DNA from: Alphaproteobacteria bacterium WMHbin7
GTDB taxonomy: Bacteria; Pseudomonadota; Alphaproteobacteria; Rhodospirillales; WMHbin7
Direction: 5' to 3'
Length of the DNA stretch: 64,000 nucleotides
Assembly: GCA_002753155.1 (NCBI GenBank)
Contig: PDZW01000011.1
Location: 14,399 to 78,398 of the forward strand
Shown: positions 20,213 through 30,374 of the stretch, one piece after another
Layout of the letters: each line of letters starts with the position of its first letter
Position numbering within the stretch: position 1 is the stretch's first letter
Translations under genes and position numbers: made by a program
Notes under the pieces: model-generated
Database searches by the model: none
The model's input: only the letters and a program-made list of their open reading frames with translations
What the model was told of the DNA's origin: nothing

Positions 20213-22764
20213 ATCGCACCCAACCCCTGGCCCTGCTGTGCTTCCAATCCCAGCCCGGCTTCTATCCGCGCCAGATGTTCGCCCCAAGCGAGGTTTTCGC
20301 AGGGCCCGACTGCGCCACCGGTCCTGACGCCAGCGGCATCGACTGCCTGAACATAACCCCCGGCGACTATGATCTGGCCGAGGTGGCTAAAAAACTTCAC
20401 GTCACCCCCGATATCGTGGTGATCAAGCCCGACGCCCTGGGGCGCAACACGCCTAGGAATCTGGGGGCCGTCGCCGGCACCAAGGTTCTGATCCTGGGCG
20501 ATACGCATCACCTGGAACGACCCATCTCCTGGATGCTGGATTACGCCCTTTCGGAACCCTTCGATCTGGTGATCTGCCATCATGCCCGCCAGCATGTGCA
20601 TTTCTTCGCCCATGCCGGACTGAAAGCGCCCTGCTATTGGATTCCCCTGCTCTCGGTCAATCCCCACCCCCAGCCTTTGGCCAGCGAGATGTCCTTTCCC
20701 CTGGCCTTCGTCGGCGATACGGGGAAATGGCACCCCTATCGGCGCCATGTTCTGGATAGCGTCAGAGCTTGCAGCCTGCCGCTGCATACCGCCACGGTGC
20801 CGCAAAGAAACGCCTCGGCCATCTACGCCCAATCGGCGATCAGCCTCAATGTCAGCCTGAATGGCGATATCAATCATCGGGTGGGCGAAGTAATGGCGGC
20901 GGGCGGATTGCTGCTGACCGACCGCCTCGCCCCCCAATCGGGCCTGCCCGACTTGTTCGAAGAGGACCGGCATCTGCTGTGCTATGCCAGCCCCGAAGAA
21001 CTGATCGACAAGGCGCGCTTTTATCTGGCCCATCCCGAGACGGCGAGAGCCATCCGTATCGCCGGACGCGACAAATTCCTGGCCGATCACCATCCCAGCC
21101 TGAAACAACGCCAGTTCCTGGAACTGGTGTTGAACGGCAAACCCCAGGAAGGCTGGGACCTTTCGAAGGATCCGCGCCATCGCTTTGCCGTGCCGGGACC
21201 AATCGAACTGATCAAGCGCATCGAAGCCTACGAAACCGTGCAGGAGATGCACCGCTGCCTAGCCGCCCCCAAGCTGCTGCTGAGCCCCAGCATTGATCCC
21301 GCCCACGCCGTCGATGCCGCTGACCTGCCCAGGCTGGATATTCGTTCCTGCGTAGAAAGCGACCTGTTCGCCGCAACGGGTGTGCAAGAGCGCATCTCCA
21401 CGCAGTCACTCGACGCTCTGTTCGAGAGCGAGACGGAGGACACGGTTCTGATCGGCTCGGAATCCGATCTTTCCATGATTCCGCCTGATCGCGCCCCCGC
21501 CACGCTCATCCTACCCGACAGTTTGTTCGCCCCTCTGGCAGGTAACGCGATGGAGCAGTTGCGCTCGCTGGGCTATCGCAAGATCGGGCGGGCCGCTTGG
21601 CGGCGCGAGACAAAAACGATCACCCCCGAAATTCAAACACCGTCTTCGCAAAAAGCCCCCGCCCGGACAGGAAGCCCCAAGAAGCCCCGTATCGCCATCG
21701 ACGCCGTTTTCTTCCAGGATTACCTCACCGGCATCGCCCGGGTCTGGGAGGAAGTGTTGCGGGTCTGGGTCGATGACGGTTTCGCCGATCATCTGCTGAT
21801 TCTGGACCGCGAGGGCTTAGGCCCCAATGTGGCCAATCTGATGCGCCGCGATCTGCCCCGCCATGATTATGACTGCATTCCAGAGGATCGGGCATTACTG
21901 CAATCGGTCTGCGATCAAGAGGGGATCGACCTGTTCGTTTCCACCTTCTGCACGACGCCCTTGCGCACACCCAGCATCTTCATGGCCTATGACATGATCC
22001 CCGAAGTCGTCGGCATCAACGCAACCGACGAGCCGATGTGGAAGGAAAAGCACGAGGCCATCGCCTATGCGCATTGCAAGGGCTATGTCTCGATTTCCGA
22101 AAACACCGCCAATGATTTAAAGCGCCTGTTTCCCGCTATCGATCCCAGGGCGTCCCATGTCGCCCATTGCGGCGTCAATGCCATCTTCCGACCCGCCAGC
22201 GAGGATGAGATCAGTGACTTCAAGCGCCGGATCGGCATCGACCGGCCCTATTACATGCTGGTCGGCCAAAGGAAGAGCTACAAGAACGGTATTCTGTTCT
22301 TCAAAGGCTTTGACGATCTGCCCAACAAACACAGCTTCGCCATCGTCAATTCCGGCGCCGTTCCGATCGAAGAGGAATTCCTGTCCCTGGTTCCCGGCAC
22401 CCCCATCGCCTATGGCCGCATGAGCGACGAGGAATTGCGCCTGGCCTATGCCGGTGCGACCGCCCTGGTCTTTCCCTCCTTTTACGAGGGCTTCGGCATG
22501 CCGGTGGTGGAGGCCATGGCCTCGGGCTGCCCGGTCATCACCACGCCGATGGGTTCATTGGCCGAGGTGGCGGGACCGGCGGCGCTGTATGTCGCCCCCC
22601 TCGACGTCAAGGGCATGACGCGGGCGCTATTAGAGGTGCAACTGCCCGAAACCCGCAAGGCGTTGGTGGCTGCGGGGCTGCAACGCGCCCAGCTTTATTC
22701 CTGGAGCAAGATGGCGGCCCGCATCAAGGAAGTGTTACTCAATGCCAGTTTGCATTCATCGTGA
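20206..22764 (+). CDS. two-domain glycosyltransferase (N-terminal CgeB/Glyco_trans_1_2-like, C-terminal GT4)
   Basis: N-terminal ISLN...DINHRVGEVMAAGGLLLTD; C-terminal TGIARVW, YKN, FPSFYEGFGMPVVEAMASG. Confidence 0.8.
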   Translation: MVDRTQPLALLCFQSQPGFYPRQMFAPSEVFAGPDCATGPDASGIDCLNITPGDYDLAEVAKKLHVTPDIVVIKPDALGRNTPRNLGAVAGTKVLILGDTHHLERPISWMLDYALSEPFDLVICHHARQHVHFFAHAGLKAPCYWIPLLSVNPHPQPLASEMSFPLAFVGDTGKWHPYRRHVLDSVRACSLPLHTATVPQRNASAIYAQSAISLNVSLNGDINHRVGEVMAAGGLLLTDRLAPQSGLPDLFEEDRHLLCYASPEELIDKARFYLAHPETARAIRIAGRDKFLADHHPSLKQRQFLELVLNGKPQEGWDLSKDPRHRFAVPGPIELIKRIEAYETVQEMHRCLAAPKLLLSPSIDPAHAVDAADLPRLDIRSCVESDLFAATGVQERISTQSLDALFESETEDTVLIGSESDLSMIPPDRAPATLILPDSLFAPLAGNAMEQLRSLGYRKIGRAAWRRETKTITPEIQTPSSQKAPARTGSPKKPRIAIDAVFFQDYLTGIARVWEEVLRVWVDDGFADHLLILDREGLGPNVANLMRRDLPRHDYDCIPEDRALLQSVCDQEGIDLFVSTFCTTPLRTPSIFMAYDMIPEVVGINATDEPMWKEKHEAIAYAHCKGYVSISENTANDLKRLFPAIDPRASHVAHCGVNAIFRPASEDEISDFKRRIGIDRPYYMLVGQRKSYKNGILFFKGFDDLPNKHSFAIVNSGAVPIEEEFLSLVPGTPIAYGRMSDEELRLAYAGATALVFPSFYEGFGMPVVEAMASGCPVITTPMGSLAEVAGPAALYVAPLDVKGMTRALLEVQLPETRKALVAAGLQRAQLYSWSKMAARIKEVLLNASLHSS

Positions 22765-22779
22765 ACGATGAATGCAAGC

Positions 22780-22852
22780 CTCAATCGCCGGGCGCGCCTC
22801 CGGCGCTTGGCTCCCGCTCGCCAGGAGGCTCGCGCGCGGGCCTTGCCCGCGA
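22780..22852. repeat. GC-rich multi-hairpin intergenic element between convergent genes
   Basis: short stems such as GCGCC-TCC-GGCGC and CGCGGGC-CTT-GCCCGCG. Confidence 0.4.
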
Positions 22853-22862
22853 TAAATAAGTG

Positions 22863-23702
22863 TCATTCCTTTTGCATGCCGGAATAACGCGGCGTCAGCT
22901 TAAGCGCCGTCATCGGATCAAGCTTCACCGCCCCCACCGAAAGCCCCCAATGCAGATGCGCCCCGGTCACGCGCCCCGTGGCGCCAACCTTTCCGATCTC
23001 CTGGCCCTTGACGACATAGCTTCCCGGCGCCACCTGAAGAGCCGACAGATGGGCGTAAACCGTGTTCACACCCAGCCCGTGATCGATCAGCAGCGTCTGG
23101 CCGGTATAAAACAGATCGGGCTCGGCCAGCATCACCACGCCGTCGGCGGCTGCAATGACCGGGGTTCCCGTAGGTGCGGCCAGATCGACCCCGGAATGGG
23201 GTGCGCGCGGCTGGCCGTTCAGAATGCGCTGACTACCGAAGACGCCGCTGATCTGACCATTGGCGGGGCTCTGGAATCCGCTTTCGAACAGGGCCTTGGG
23301 AACCGACAGGGTGCGCGCCTTGGCGATCAGGGCATTCTCGCGGTTGATGCGTTCCTGTGTCGGTGCATCGGGCGTCACCTGCTTGTCGGGCAGGCCGTCG
23401 ATGCGCTGAATATCCCAGCTTCGAGGGGCTACGGACAGACGCAGAGACCTTGCCTGGGCGCCCGGCTCCTGCAAGGTCAGTTCGGCGCTGGGTCCGGCCT
23501 CGCGAGAAAAGCCCAGGGCAAAGCGGCCATCCGGCCCCACCATCACGGGAACGCCATCGAGTGCAATGCGTGAGCCGGGAGCGGCCTGACCCAGCACCAG
23601 CGCCCCCTGCTCGATGGTTCCGATAAGACGCATGTCGGCCCTTGCCGGAAGCGTCGAGAGAAGAAAAAACATCCCGAGGGCAAGACGACCGGCAAACCTC
23701 AT
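22863..23702 (-). CDS. M23 family metallopeptidase, exported
   Basis: signal peptide; HSGVD, YAHL, GAHLHW zinc motifs. Confidence 0.92.
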   Translation of the reverse strand: MRFAGRLALGMFFLLSTLPARADMRLIGTIEQGALVLGQAAPGSRIALDGVPVMVGPDGRFALGFSREAGPSAELTLQEPGAQARSLRLSVAPRSWDIQRIDGLPDKQVTPDAPTQERINRENALIAKARTLSVPKALFESGFQSPANGQISGVFGSQRILNGQPRAPHSGVDLAAPTGTPVIAAADGVVMLAEPDLFYTGQTLLIDHGLGVNTVYAHLSALQVAPGSYVVKGQEIGKVGATGRVTGAHLHWGLSVGAVKLDPMTALKLTPRYSGMQKE

Positions 23703-25096
23703 ATCAGGCTGCCCTGGCGCCCATCGCTTGGACTCTTGCGCGGCTTGGCGGGCGTTGCCCCTTCGACCCTGGCTCCCACATGGCCGTCATGGAATTCGAT
23801 CGACAGACTGTCGCCCGGCTTAAGCTGGGCCGCCTGTCCGATCAAAGCTCCTTCGGCTCCACGCACCAACGCATAGCCTCGGGCCAGAACCTTGCGGTGC
23901 GACAGCGTTTCCAAAAGACCGCCCGCCCGCTCCAACCCGTTTTCCCAGCCCTGGACATGGCTCTTCCAGCCATGCCCCAGACCCAGACTCAGGCGATCTA
24001 GCGCATGCGCCTTCAATTCGATCAATTCGCGCGGAGAACGAAGCTGGGCGCCCAGACGTCCCAGCAAGGCCTGCTGGCGTTCGAGATAGGCGGGGAAGGC
24101 GTTGGAGAGCCTTTCCGCCCGCTCGTCCAGCTTTTGCGAAGCGTCCTCGATCAGGCGTTCAGGCCGCGGCAATCCGCGCCCCAACCATTCCAGTTGTACG
24201 CGCCGCTCTTCCAGCAGGCGAGCCCCTGCCGCTGTCAGGCGGGCCGATTTCTGCCGGACCTCGGCCACCAGATCGAGACGCACCGGCACCGCCATTTCAG
24301 CCGCCGCACTGGGTGTTGGGGCCCGCCGGTCGGAAGCGAAATCGATCAGCGTGGTGTCGGTTTCGTGCCCCACCGCCGAAATCAGGGGAATGGCGGAGTC
24401 GGCCGCTGCCCGCACAACGATTTCCTCGTTGAAGGCCCACAGGTCTTCGATCGATCCGCCGCCTCTTGCCACAATCAGCAGATCGGGACGCGGCACAGCT
24501 CCGTCCGGCGGAAAAGCGTTGAAGCCACGGATGGCCGCCGCCACCTGGGCTGCCGCTGCTTCGCCCTGCACCGCCACCGGCCAGACCAGCACATGGCAGG
24601 GAAAGCGGTCGTTCAGTCGATGCAGGATGTCGCGGATGACGGCTCCGGTGGGCGAGGTAACAACGCCGATCACGCGGGGCAGATAGGGAAGGGGGCGCTT
24701 GCGCTCGGAAGCAAACAAGCCCTCGGCGGCCAGCTTCTTCTTGCGCTCTTCCAGAAGCTTGAGCAAAGCACCTTCACCCGACAGCTCCATCGATTCGACG
24801 ACCATCTGGTATTTCGAACGCCCGGCATAGGTGGTCAACCGGCCCAGACACACCACCTCAAGCCCGTCTTCCGGCTTTACCCCCAGCCTGGCCGCCTGGC
24901 CTTTCCAGCACACGGCGTCCAGCACCGCCTCGGCATCTTTCAGCGCGAAATACAGATGGCCCGAGGAGTGACGCTTGAATCCCGATATCTCGCCCCGCAC
25001 CCGCACCAACGAAAAGGCGTCCTCAACCGTGCGCTTGAGCAGGGAGGAGATTTCGGATACCGACAATTCAGGTAGATTGGTTCTCTGGTCGTTCAT
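23699..25096 (-). CDS. xseA: exodeoxyribonuclease VII large subunit
   Basis: [52 protein letters not shown]. Confidence 0.97.
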   Translation of the reverse strand: MNDQRTNLPELSVSEISSLLKRTVEDAFSLVRVRGEISGFKRHSSGHLYFALKDAEAVLDAVCWKGQAARLGVKPEDGLEVVCLGRLTTYAGRSKYQMVVESMELSGEGALLKLLEERKKKLAAEGLFASERKRPLPYLPRVIGVVTSPTGAVIRDILHRLNDRFPCHVLVWPVAVQGEAAAAQVAAAIRGFNAFPPDGAVPRPDLLIVARGGGSIEDLWAFNEEIVVRAAADSAIPLISAVGHETDTTLIDFASDRRAPTPSAAAEMAVPVRLDLVAEVRQKSARLTAAGARLLEERRVQLEWLGRGLPRPERLIEDASQKLDERAERLSNAFPAYLERQQALLGRLGAQLRSPRELIELKAHALDRLSLGLGHGWKSHVQGWENGLERAGGLLETLSHRKVLARGYALVRGAEGALIGQAAQLKPGDSLSIEFHDGHVGARVEGATPAKPRKSPSDGRQGSLI

Positions 25097-25132
25097 GACG
25101 GGCTATGATACAAGACCCAGCCTTAGAGGGGG

Positions 25133-26425
25133 ATGCGGAAAATGAAGGTTCTTTTGGTTGGTTCCGGGGGGCGCGAACATGCTTTAGCCTGGAAATTGGC
25201 GCAATCGCCCCGTCTGTCCAAGCTCTACGTCGCCCCCGGCAATGCCGGAATTGCTGACCTGGCCGAATGTCTGCCCCTGGCCGCTGAGGATGTGGAAGGG
25301 CTGGTGGGCTTCGCCAAGACCAACGCCATCGATTTCGTGATCGTGGGTCCCGAGGCCCCCCTGACTCTGGGCTTGGCCGACCGATTGATCGAGTCGGGAA
25401 TCAAGGTCTTCGGCCCCCGAGCGGGGGCCGCGCAATTGGAGGGCTCGAAGGCCTTCATGAAGGATCTGGCGGCTAAGGCAGGCATTCCCACCGCCTGGTA
25501 TGGCCGCTTCACAGACGCCGAAAAGGCCAAGGCCTTCATTCGCGAGAAGGGTGCCCCCATCGTGGTCAAGGCCAGCGGGCTGGCGGCGGGCAAGGGTGTC
25601 ATTCTCTGCCCAAGCCTTGAAGAGGCGCTGGATGCCGTCGATCTGATGATGGTGAAGCGCGAATTCGGTGCTGCCGGTGACGAAATCGTCATTGAGGAGT
25701 TCCTTATGGGCGAGGAAGCCAGCTTCTTTGCCCTGTGCGACGGCCATCGGGCCGTGCCCTTCGCCGCCGCCCAGGACCACAAGGCGGTGGGCGATGGCGA
25801 TACCGGCCCCAATACCGGCGGCATGGGGGCCTATTCCCCGGCCCCGGTGGTGACACCCGCGCTGGAAGCCGAGATCATGGCGCGCATCGTCTCCCCCGCC
25901 GTGAAGGGCATGGCAGAGCAGGGCTGCCCCTTCACGGGCGTTTTGTTCGCAGGGCTTATGATCGGCAAGGACGGACCCAAACTGATCGAATTCAATGTGC
26001 GCTTTGGCGATCCGGAATGTCAGGTGCTGATGAGCCGCCTTGAAGGCGATCTGTTGGAGATTCTTCTCGCCGCGGCAGAAGGGCGCCTCGATCAGGCGAA
26101 AATTTCCTGGAAGCCAGACACCGCCCTGGTGGTGGTGATGGCGGCCCAGGGCTATCCCGGAAGTTATAAAAAAGGGACGGTGATCGAGGGGTTGCAAGAG
26201 GCGGGCACTGTCGAAGGTGTCACGGTCTTCCACGCCGGAACCAAGGCCCTGGATGGGCAGATTCTGGCCAATGGCGGACGGGTTCTTGGTGTCACCGCCA
26301 CCGGCGCCACGGTCAAACAGGCGCAATCCAGGGCCTATCAGGCCGTGGGGCGCCTTAATTGGCCCGAAGGATTCTGCCGTCGCGATATCGGCTGGCGCGC
26401 CGTGGCCAGGGAAGAAAAAGCGTGA
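25133..26425 (+). CDS. purD: phosphoribosylamine-glycine ligase
   Basis: [45 protein letters not shown]. Confidence 0.97.
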   Translation: MRKMKVLLVGSGGREHALAWKLAQSPRLSKLYVAPGNAGIADLAECLPLAAEDVEGLVGFAKTNAIDFVIVGPEAPLTLGLADRLIESGIKVFGPRAGAAQLEGSKAFMKDLAAKAGIPTAWYGRFTDAEKAKAFIREKGAPIVVKASGLAAGKGVILCPSLEEALDAVDLMMVKREFGAAGDEIVIEEFLMGEEASFFALCDGHRAVPFAAAQDHKAVGDGDTGPNTGGMGAYSPAPVVTPALEAEIMARIVSPAVKGMAEQGCPFTGVLFAGLMIGKDGPKLIEFNVRFGDPECQVLMSRLEGDLLEILLAAAEGRLDQAKISWKPDTALVVVMAAQGYPGSYKKGTVIEGLQEAGTVEGVTVFHAGTKALDGQILANGGRVLGVTATGATVKQAQSRAYQAVGRLNWPEGFCRRDIGWRAVAREEKA

Positions 26426-26661
26426 GCGGCACCCTTTCCCTGGATCAGGCCCTAGCACGCGCCAAGCGTGAGGCCGAGCGCGGCCATTTCGATGAAGCCA
26501 CCAAGACCCTGAAGGCCATTCTGAAGGCAGCCCCCGGCCAGCCGCAGGCTCTTCAGATGCTGGGCATGATTTTGCAGCGCGGAAAAATGGGCGTTCTCTA
26601 TCAGGCCGACGCGGTTTTCCTGCGCAAGGGCAGCGCCCTTGTCCCCGACAAGGTCTGGTAA
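26422..26661 (+). pseudogene. probable internally deleted TPR/FkbM-methyltransferase remnant (79 aa)
   Basis: GTG overlaps the purD stop; one TPR-like unit joined directly to GVLYQADAVFLR, which resembles an FkbM C-terminal strand. Confidence 0.5.
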
Positions 26662-26668
26662 AACAAAA

Positions 26669-27346
26669 TCAGCGCGCTTTCAGAATGCCATACATGTTGG
26701 CGCTGAACAGATCGGGGGGCGAGGTCAGCGCCCAGGCCAGAAAACGATTGAGCAGCGCCTCGGTAATGCGACGGCGCGGCGAGCCGCCCAAGGGCGCATA
26801 GAAACGCTCAAGCTCGAAGCCCGAGGCCTCGGCCATCTGGCGCAGGCTTAAAGGCGTGTAGGCGGTCAGATGCGTCAGATCGCCATGCTGATATTGAATG
26901 CCCCAGGGCGAGGCGGCATTAGGCACCTTCAGCAGCAGCTTGGCGCCGGGCGCCATATGGCGACGAATGGCTTCCAGAAGCTCGCGCCCGTCATGGGCCG
27001 TGAAATGTTCCAGCACATCGAGCAGCAGCACCCGGTCGAAAAGCCCCAGTTGTTCGTCAGCCAGAATGTCGCGGATATCGCCCTGGTGGAAATAGGGCCG
27101 GGCGGCCTCGGGAATGACCTTGGCCAGCTCGTGATCGTGATCGGCCCCCACCAGACCCTTCACACCTTTGGCGACCAGATAGGCCATGACCTGGCCGGTG
27201 CCGCAGCCCAGTTCGAGAAAGCGTTGTCCCGCCTCGCAACCCGCGGGTTCCCAGATTTCCAGGTCCATCCGGCGCATGATCTTGGCCGACAGCGAGGGCG
27301 TCGCATACTGCTTGAAGCGTCCGTAGCTGGCGTAGAAGTCGCTCAA
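26669..27346 (-). CDS. class I SAM-dependent methyltransferase
   Basis: LELGCGTG, DVLEH, VPN, DLTH (glycan-associated MTase type). Confidence 0.88.
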   Translation of the reverse strand: MSDFYASYGRFKQYATPSLSAKIMRRMDLEIWEPAGCEAGQRFLELGCGTGQVMAYLVAKGVKGLVGADHDHELAKVIPEAARPYFHQGDIRDILADEQLGLFDRVLLLDVLEHFTAHDGRELLEAIRRHMAPGAKLLLKVPNAASPWGIQYQHGDLTHLTAYTPLSLRQMAEASGFELERFYAPLGGSPRRRITEALLNRFLAWALTSPPDLFSANMYGILKAR

Positions 27347-27367
27347 AGGCTGAAACCTTCCTTCGGA

Positions 27368-27799
27368 TTATCTGCAGGAATTGGGCAGCCGGTCGATGAC
27401 GCCGCCGGTACCAGCGCTGCCGCCCTCTTCCACCCAGACCCGCTTGATCAGCTTGGGGTCCATGTGACGGGTGATCAGCTCCTTTACGCGCATATCCAGG
27501 GCGACCATGTCCAGCTTGTTGCGCTTTGTCACCTGGGGCGGATTGGACCTGAAATCATTGATCACCGTATCGACGATCTTGGGCACCGACTTGCAGGCGA
27601 TGGGCAGCGAGTCGCGATCCGCCGTTTCCACATGCAGGGTATAAAGGCGATGTTCGTTGCGCTCCAGCCCCTTTACCAGCAGATTCAGCGGATTGAAATC
27701 GATTTGCGGCGTCATAGAGGCCAAATCCTTCTTTGATTCGGCCCATGCTGGCGTTGCCGCCAGAATCAGCGCGCAGGCAACCAAATTGATTAAACGCAT
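27368..27799 (-). CDS. exported protein, possibly FliL-like
   Basis: signal peptide ending AWA; PKIVD and IKRVWV pattern loosely resembles FliL. Confidence 0.45.
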   Translation of the reverse strand: MRLINLVACALILAATPAWAESKKDLASMTPQIDFNPLNLLVKGLERNEHRLYTLHVETADRDSLPIACKSVPKIVDTVINDFRSNPPQVTKRNKLDMVALDMRVKELITRHMDPKLIKRVWVEEGGSAGTGGVIDRLPNSCR

Positions 27800-27852
27800 T
27801 CCATCCCCCGTTTCCTAATTATTCTCTCAGATACCTTGATCGCGCCCTTGGA

Positions 27853-28305
27853 TCAATCCCGCCTTGCTTGAAAAAAGCTCTTCAGTATCTCCTGGGCCTC
27901 GGTTTCGGCCACCCCGCCCACCACTTCAAGATGGTGATGGCAGGTCGGCTGGTCGAAGATGCGCGGCCCATGCTCGACCCCGCCCCCCTTGGGATCATAG
28001 GCCGCGAAGACCAGCTTTCGGATATGGGCGAAAGCAATCGCCTGAGCGCACATCGGGCAGGGCTCCAAGGTGACGTACAGATCGCAGCCATCCAGGCGGG
28101 CCTGGCCCAGGGTCTTGCAGGCGGCGCGAATCGCCTCGATCTCGGCATGGGCCGTGGGGTCCAGACGTTCGCGGTTGCGGTTGCGCCCCAGGCCGATCAC
28201 CTGGCCCTGTCCATCCACCACCACAGCGCCCACCGGCACTTCGCTGCTAAGGGCCGCCGCTCTGGCTTCGTCAAGGGCTGTTGCCATGTAAATATTTCGA
28301 TCCAT
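27853..28305 (-). CDS. tadA: tRNA adenosine(34) deaminase
   Basis: EVPVGAV, DPTAHAE, TLEPCPMC, DPKGG. Confidence 0.92.
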   Translation of the reverse strand: MDRNIYMATALDEARAAALSSEVPVGAVVVDGQGQVIGLGRNRNRERLDPTAHAEIEAIRAACKTLGQARLDGCDLYVTLEPCPMCAQAIAFAHIRKLVFAAYDPKGGGVEHGPRIFDQPTCHHHLEVVGGVAETEAQEILKSFFQARRD

Positions 28306-28365
28306 GCCGGTGACCTTGCCCCCCTGGGCTGGACAGGTCAAGCCGTCCACGTTACTCACCCCCCT

Positions 28366-29082
28366 ATGAAGCATCCTCCCTTGATCGGCATCACCTTGGA
28401 CAGCGAGGAACCCGGCGGCTATTCCAAGCTGCCCTGGTATGCGCTGCGCCAGAATTATTGCGAGGCCGTCACCCGGGCGGGCGGCGCACCGCTGTTGCTG
28501 CCCCACGAACCGGACCTGGCCGAATCCTATCTGGACAGCATCAAGGGGCTGGTCGTCACCGGCGGCGCCTTCGATGTCGATCCGGCCCTGTTCGGTGCCA
28601 CCGAGCGCCACGCCACCGTCAAGCTGAAGACCAAGCGCACCCAGTTCGAGTTGGCCATCGTACAGGGAGCCTTGAAGCGCTCGATGCCCATCCTGGGCAT
28701 CTGCGGCGGCCAGCAGTTGTTGAACGTGGCCCTGGGCGGTACGCTGATCCAGCACATTCCCGACGAGGTCAGTCTGGCGCTTGCGCACGAGCAGCCCAAT
28801 CCGCGCACCGAGCCCGGCCATGATGTCGTCCTCACGCCTGGATCAAAGCTGGCCGCTATTTGCCAAACCACAAGCATTCCGGTCAACAGCGCCCATCATC
28901 AGGCGGTCAAAAAATTGGGCGAGGGGCTGACAGTCAACGCCACCGCACCCGATGGCGTGATCGAGGGGTTCGAAGCCCCGGGCCATCCTTTCCTGATCGG
29001 TGTGCAATGGCATCCGGAATATGCCATCAGTCCCGCCGATGACCGTTTGTTCCAATCTTTCATTGAGGCCTGCCGTGACTGA
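28366..29082 (+). CDS. gamma-glutamyl-gamma-aminobutyrate hydrolase family (peptidase C26)
   Basis: LGICGGQQLLNV.LGGTL, VNSAHHQAV, GVQWHPE. Confidence 0.9.
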   Translation: MKHPPLIGITLDSEEPGGYSKLPWYALRQNYCEAVTRAGGAPLLLPHEPDLAESYLDSIKGLVVTGGAFDVDPALFGATERHATVKLKTKRTQFELAIVQGALKRSMPILGICGGQQLLNVALGGTLIQHIPDEVSLALAHEQPNPRTEPGHDVVLTPGSKLAAICQTTSIPVNSAHHQAVKKLGEGLTVNATAPDGVIEGFEAPGHPFLIGVQWHPEYAISPADDRLFQSFIEACRD

Positions 29083-29827
29083 GAATGCAGAGCGCATCGC
29101 CAAGCGTATGGCTCGCGCAGGGCTTTGTTCCCGCCGCGAGGCCGAGAGCTGGATCACCCAGGGTCGCGTTTCGGTCAATGGCGCGAAAATCGCCTCGCCT
29201 GCTCTCAACGTCACTGAAAGCGATGCCATCATCGTGGATGGCAAGCCCTTGAAGGCTGCCGAGCCTGCAAGGCTGTGGCGCTATCACAAGCCGCCAGGCC
29301 TCGTGACCACGCACAAGGACCCCGAGGGCAGAGCCACCGTCTTCGATCATCTGCCGCCGGGACTGCCGCGCCTGATTTCCGTGGGACGCCTCGATCTGAC
29401 CAGCGAGGGCCTTCTGCTTCTCACCAATGACGGCGAGTTGGCCCGCAAACTGGAACTTCCCTCGACCGGCTGGACGCGCCGCTACCGGGTGCGGGTGCAT
29501 GGTGTGCCCAGTGTCGAGGCGCTGAAGTCGCTGGAAAAGGGCGTCACCGTCGACGGCATCGCCTATGGTCCGATCAGTGCAGCGGTCGAACGCACGCAAG
29601 GGGCCAATTCCTGGCTGACCCTGGCCCTGCGCGAAGGCAAGAACCGCGAGATCCGGCGCGTCATGGCCCATCTCGGCATGGAAACCTCGCGGCTCATTCG
29701 CATCGCCTACGGCCCCTTCCAATTAGGACAGTTGGAACGCGGCGAAGTGGAAGAGGTATCGGGCAAGGTTCTGAAGGAGCAGGTGGGCGCCCTCAAGGAG
29801 GACAAACGTGCGCATCATCGCAGGTGA
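29075..29827 (+). CDS. rluB: S4-domain rRNA pseudouridine synthase (RluB-like)
   Basis: ERIAK.MARAGLCSRREAE, VGRLDLTSEGLLLLTNDG, EGKNREIRR; GTG start at 29075. Confidence 0.88.
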   Translation: MTENAERIAKRMARAGLCSRREAESWITQGRVSVNGAKIASPALNVTESDAIIVDGKPLKAAEPARLWRYHKPPGLVTTHKDPEGRATVFDHLPPGLPRLISVGRLDLTSEGLLLLTNDGELARKLELPSTGWTRRYRVRVHGVPSVEALKSLEKGVTVDGIAYGPISAAVERTQGANSWLTLALREGKNREIRRVMAHLGMETSRLIRIAYGPFQLGQLERGEVEEVSGKVLKEQVGALKEDKRAHHRR

Positions 29828-30374
29828 GTTGAAGGGACGCCTGCTTTTGGCCCCGCAGGGACGCCTGACGCGCCCCACCGCCGAGCGCGCCCGCGAAACC
29901 CTGTTCAATCTGCTGATCCACGGCACCTTCGAAGCTCCCGCCTTGGAAAAGGCCCGAGTCCTTGATGCCTTCGCAGGTGCAGGCACGTTGGGCTTTGAAG
30001 CGCTTTCCCGGGGTGCCGCCTTCATCACCTTCATGGAAAACTGGCGGGGGGCCGCAAAGACCATCGAGAACAATGCCAGCCGCCTGGGTGTGGCCGAACA
30101 TGTGCGGGTCCTCACCGTGGATGCCACCAGGGCGCCCGCCGCCGCCCAGCCGGTCGATATCGCCTTTCTTGATCCGCCCTATGGCGAGGGCTTGATTCCC
30201 CTAGCTCTGACCTCGCTCAAGCGTCAGGGCTGGCTGAAACAAGATTCCCTGGTGGTGGCCGAGATGGCGATCAAGGAAGAATTCACGCCGCCCGAAGGGT
30301 TTGTGATCCGTCATGAACGCACGGCGGGCTCGGCGGCGAAATTCATCTTCCTGGGTCTTGCCAGAAAAGCATGA
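29808..30374 (+). CDS. rsmD: 16S rRNA m2G966 methyltransferase
   Basis: MRIIAG..KGR.L, RPT..R.RE.LFN, LDAFAGAG.LG.EALSRGA, DPPY. Confidence 0.93.
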   Translation: MRIIAGELKGRLLLAPQGRLTRPTAERARETLFNLLIHGTFEAPALEKARVLDAFAGAGTLGFEALSRGAAFITFMENWRGAAKTIENNASRLGVAEHVRVLTVDATRAPAAAQPVDIAFLDPPYGEGLIPLALTSLKRQGWLKQDSLVVAEMAIKEEFTPPEGFVIRHERTAGSAAKFIFLGLARKA

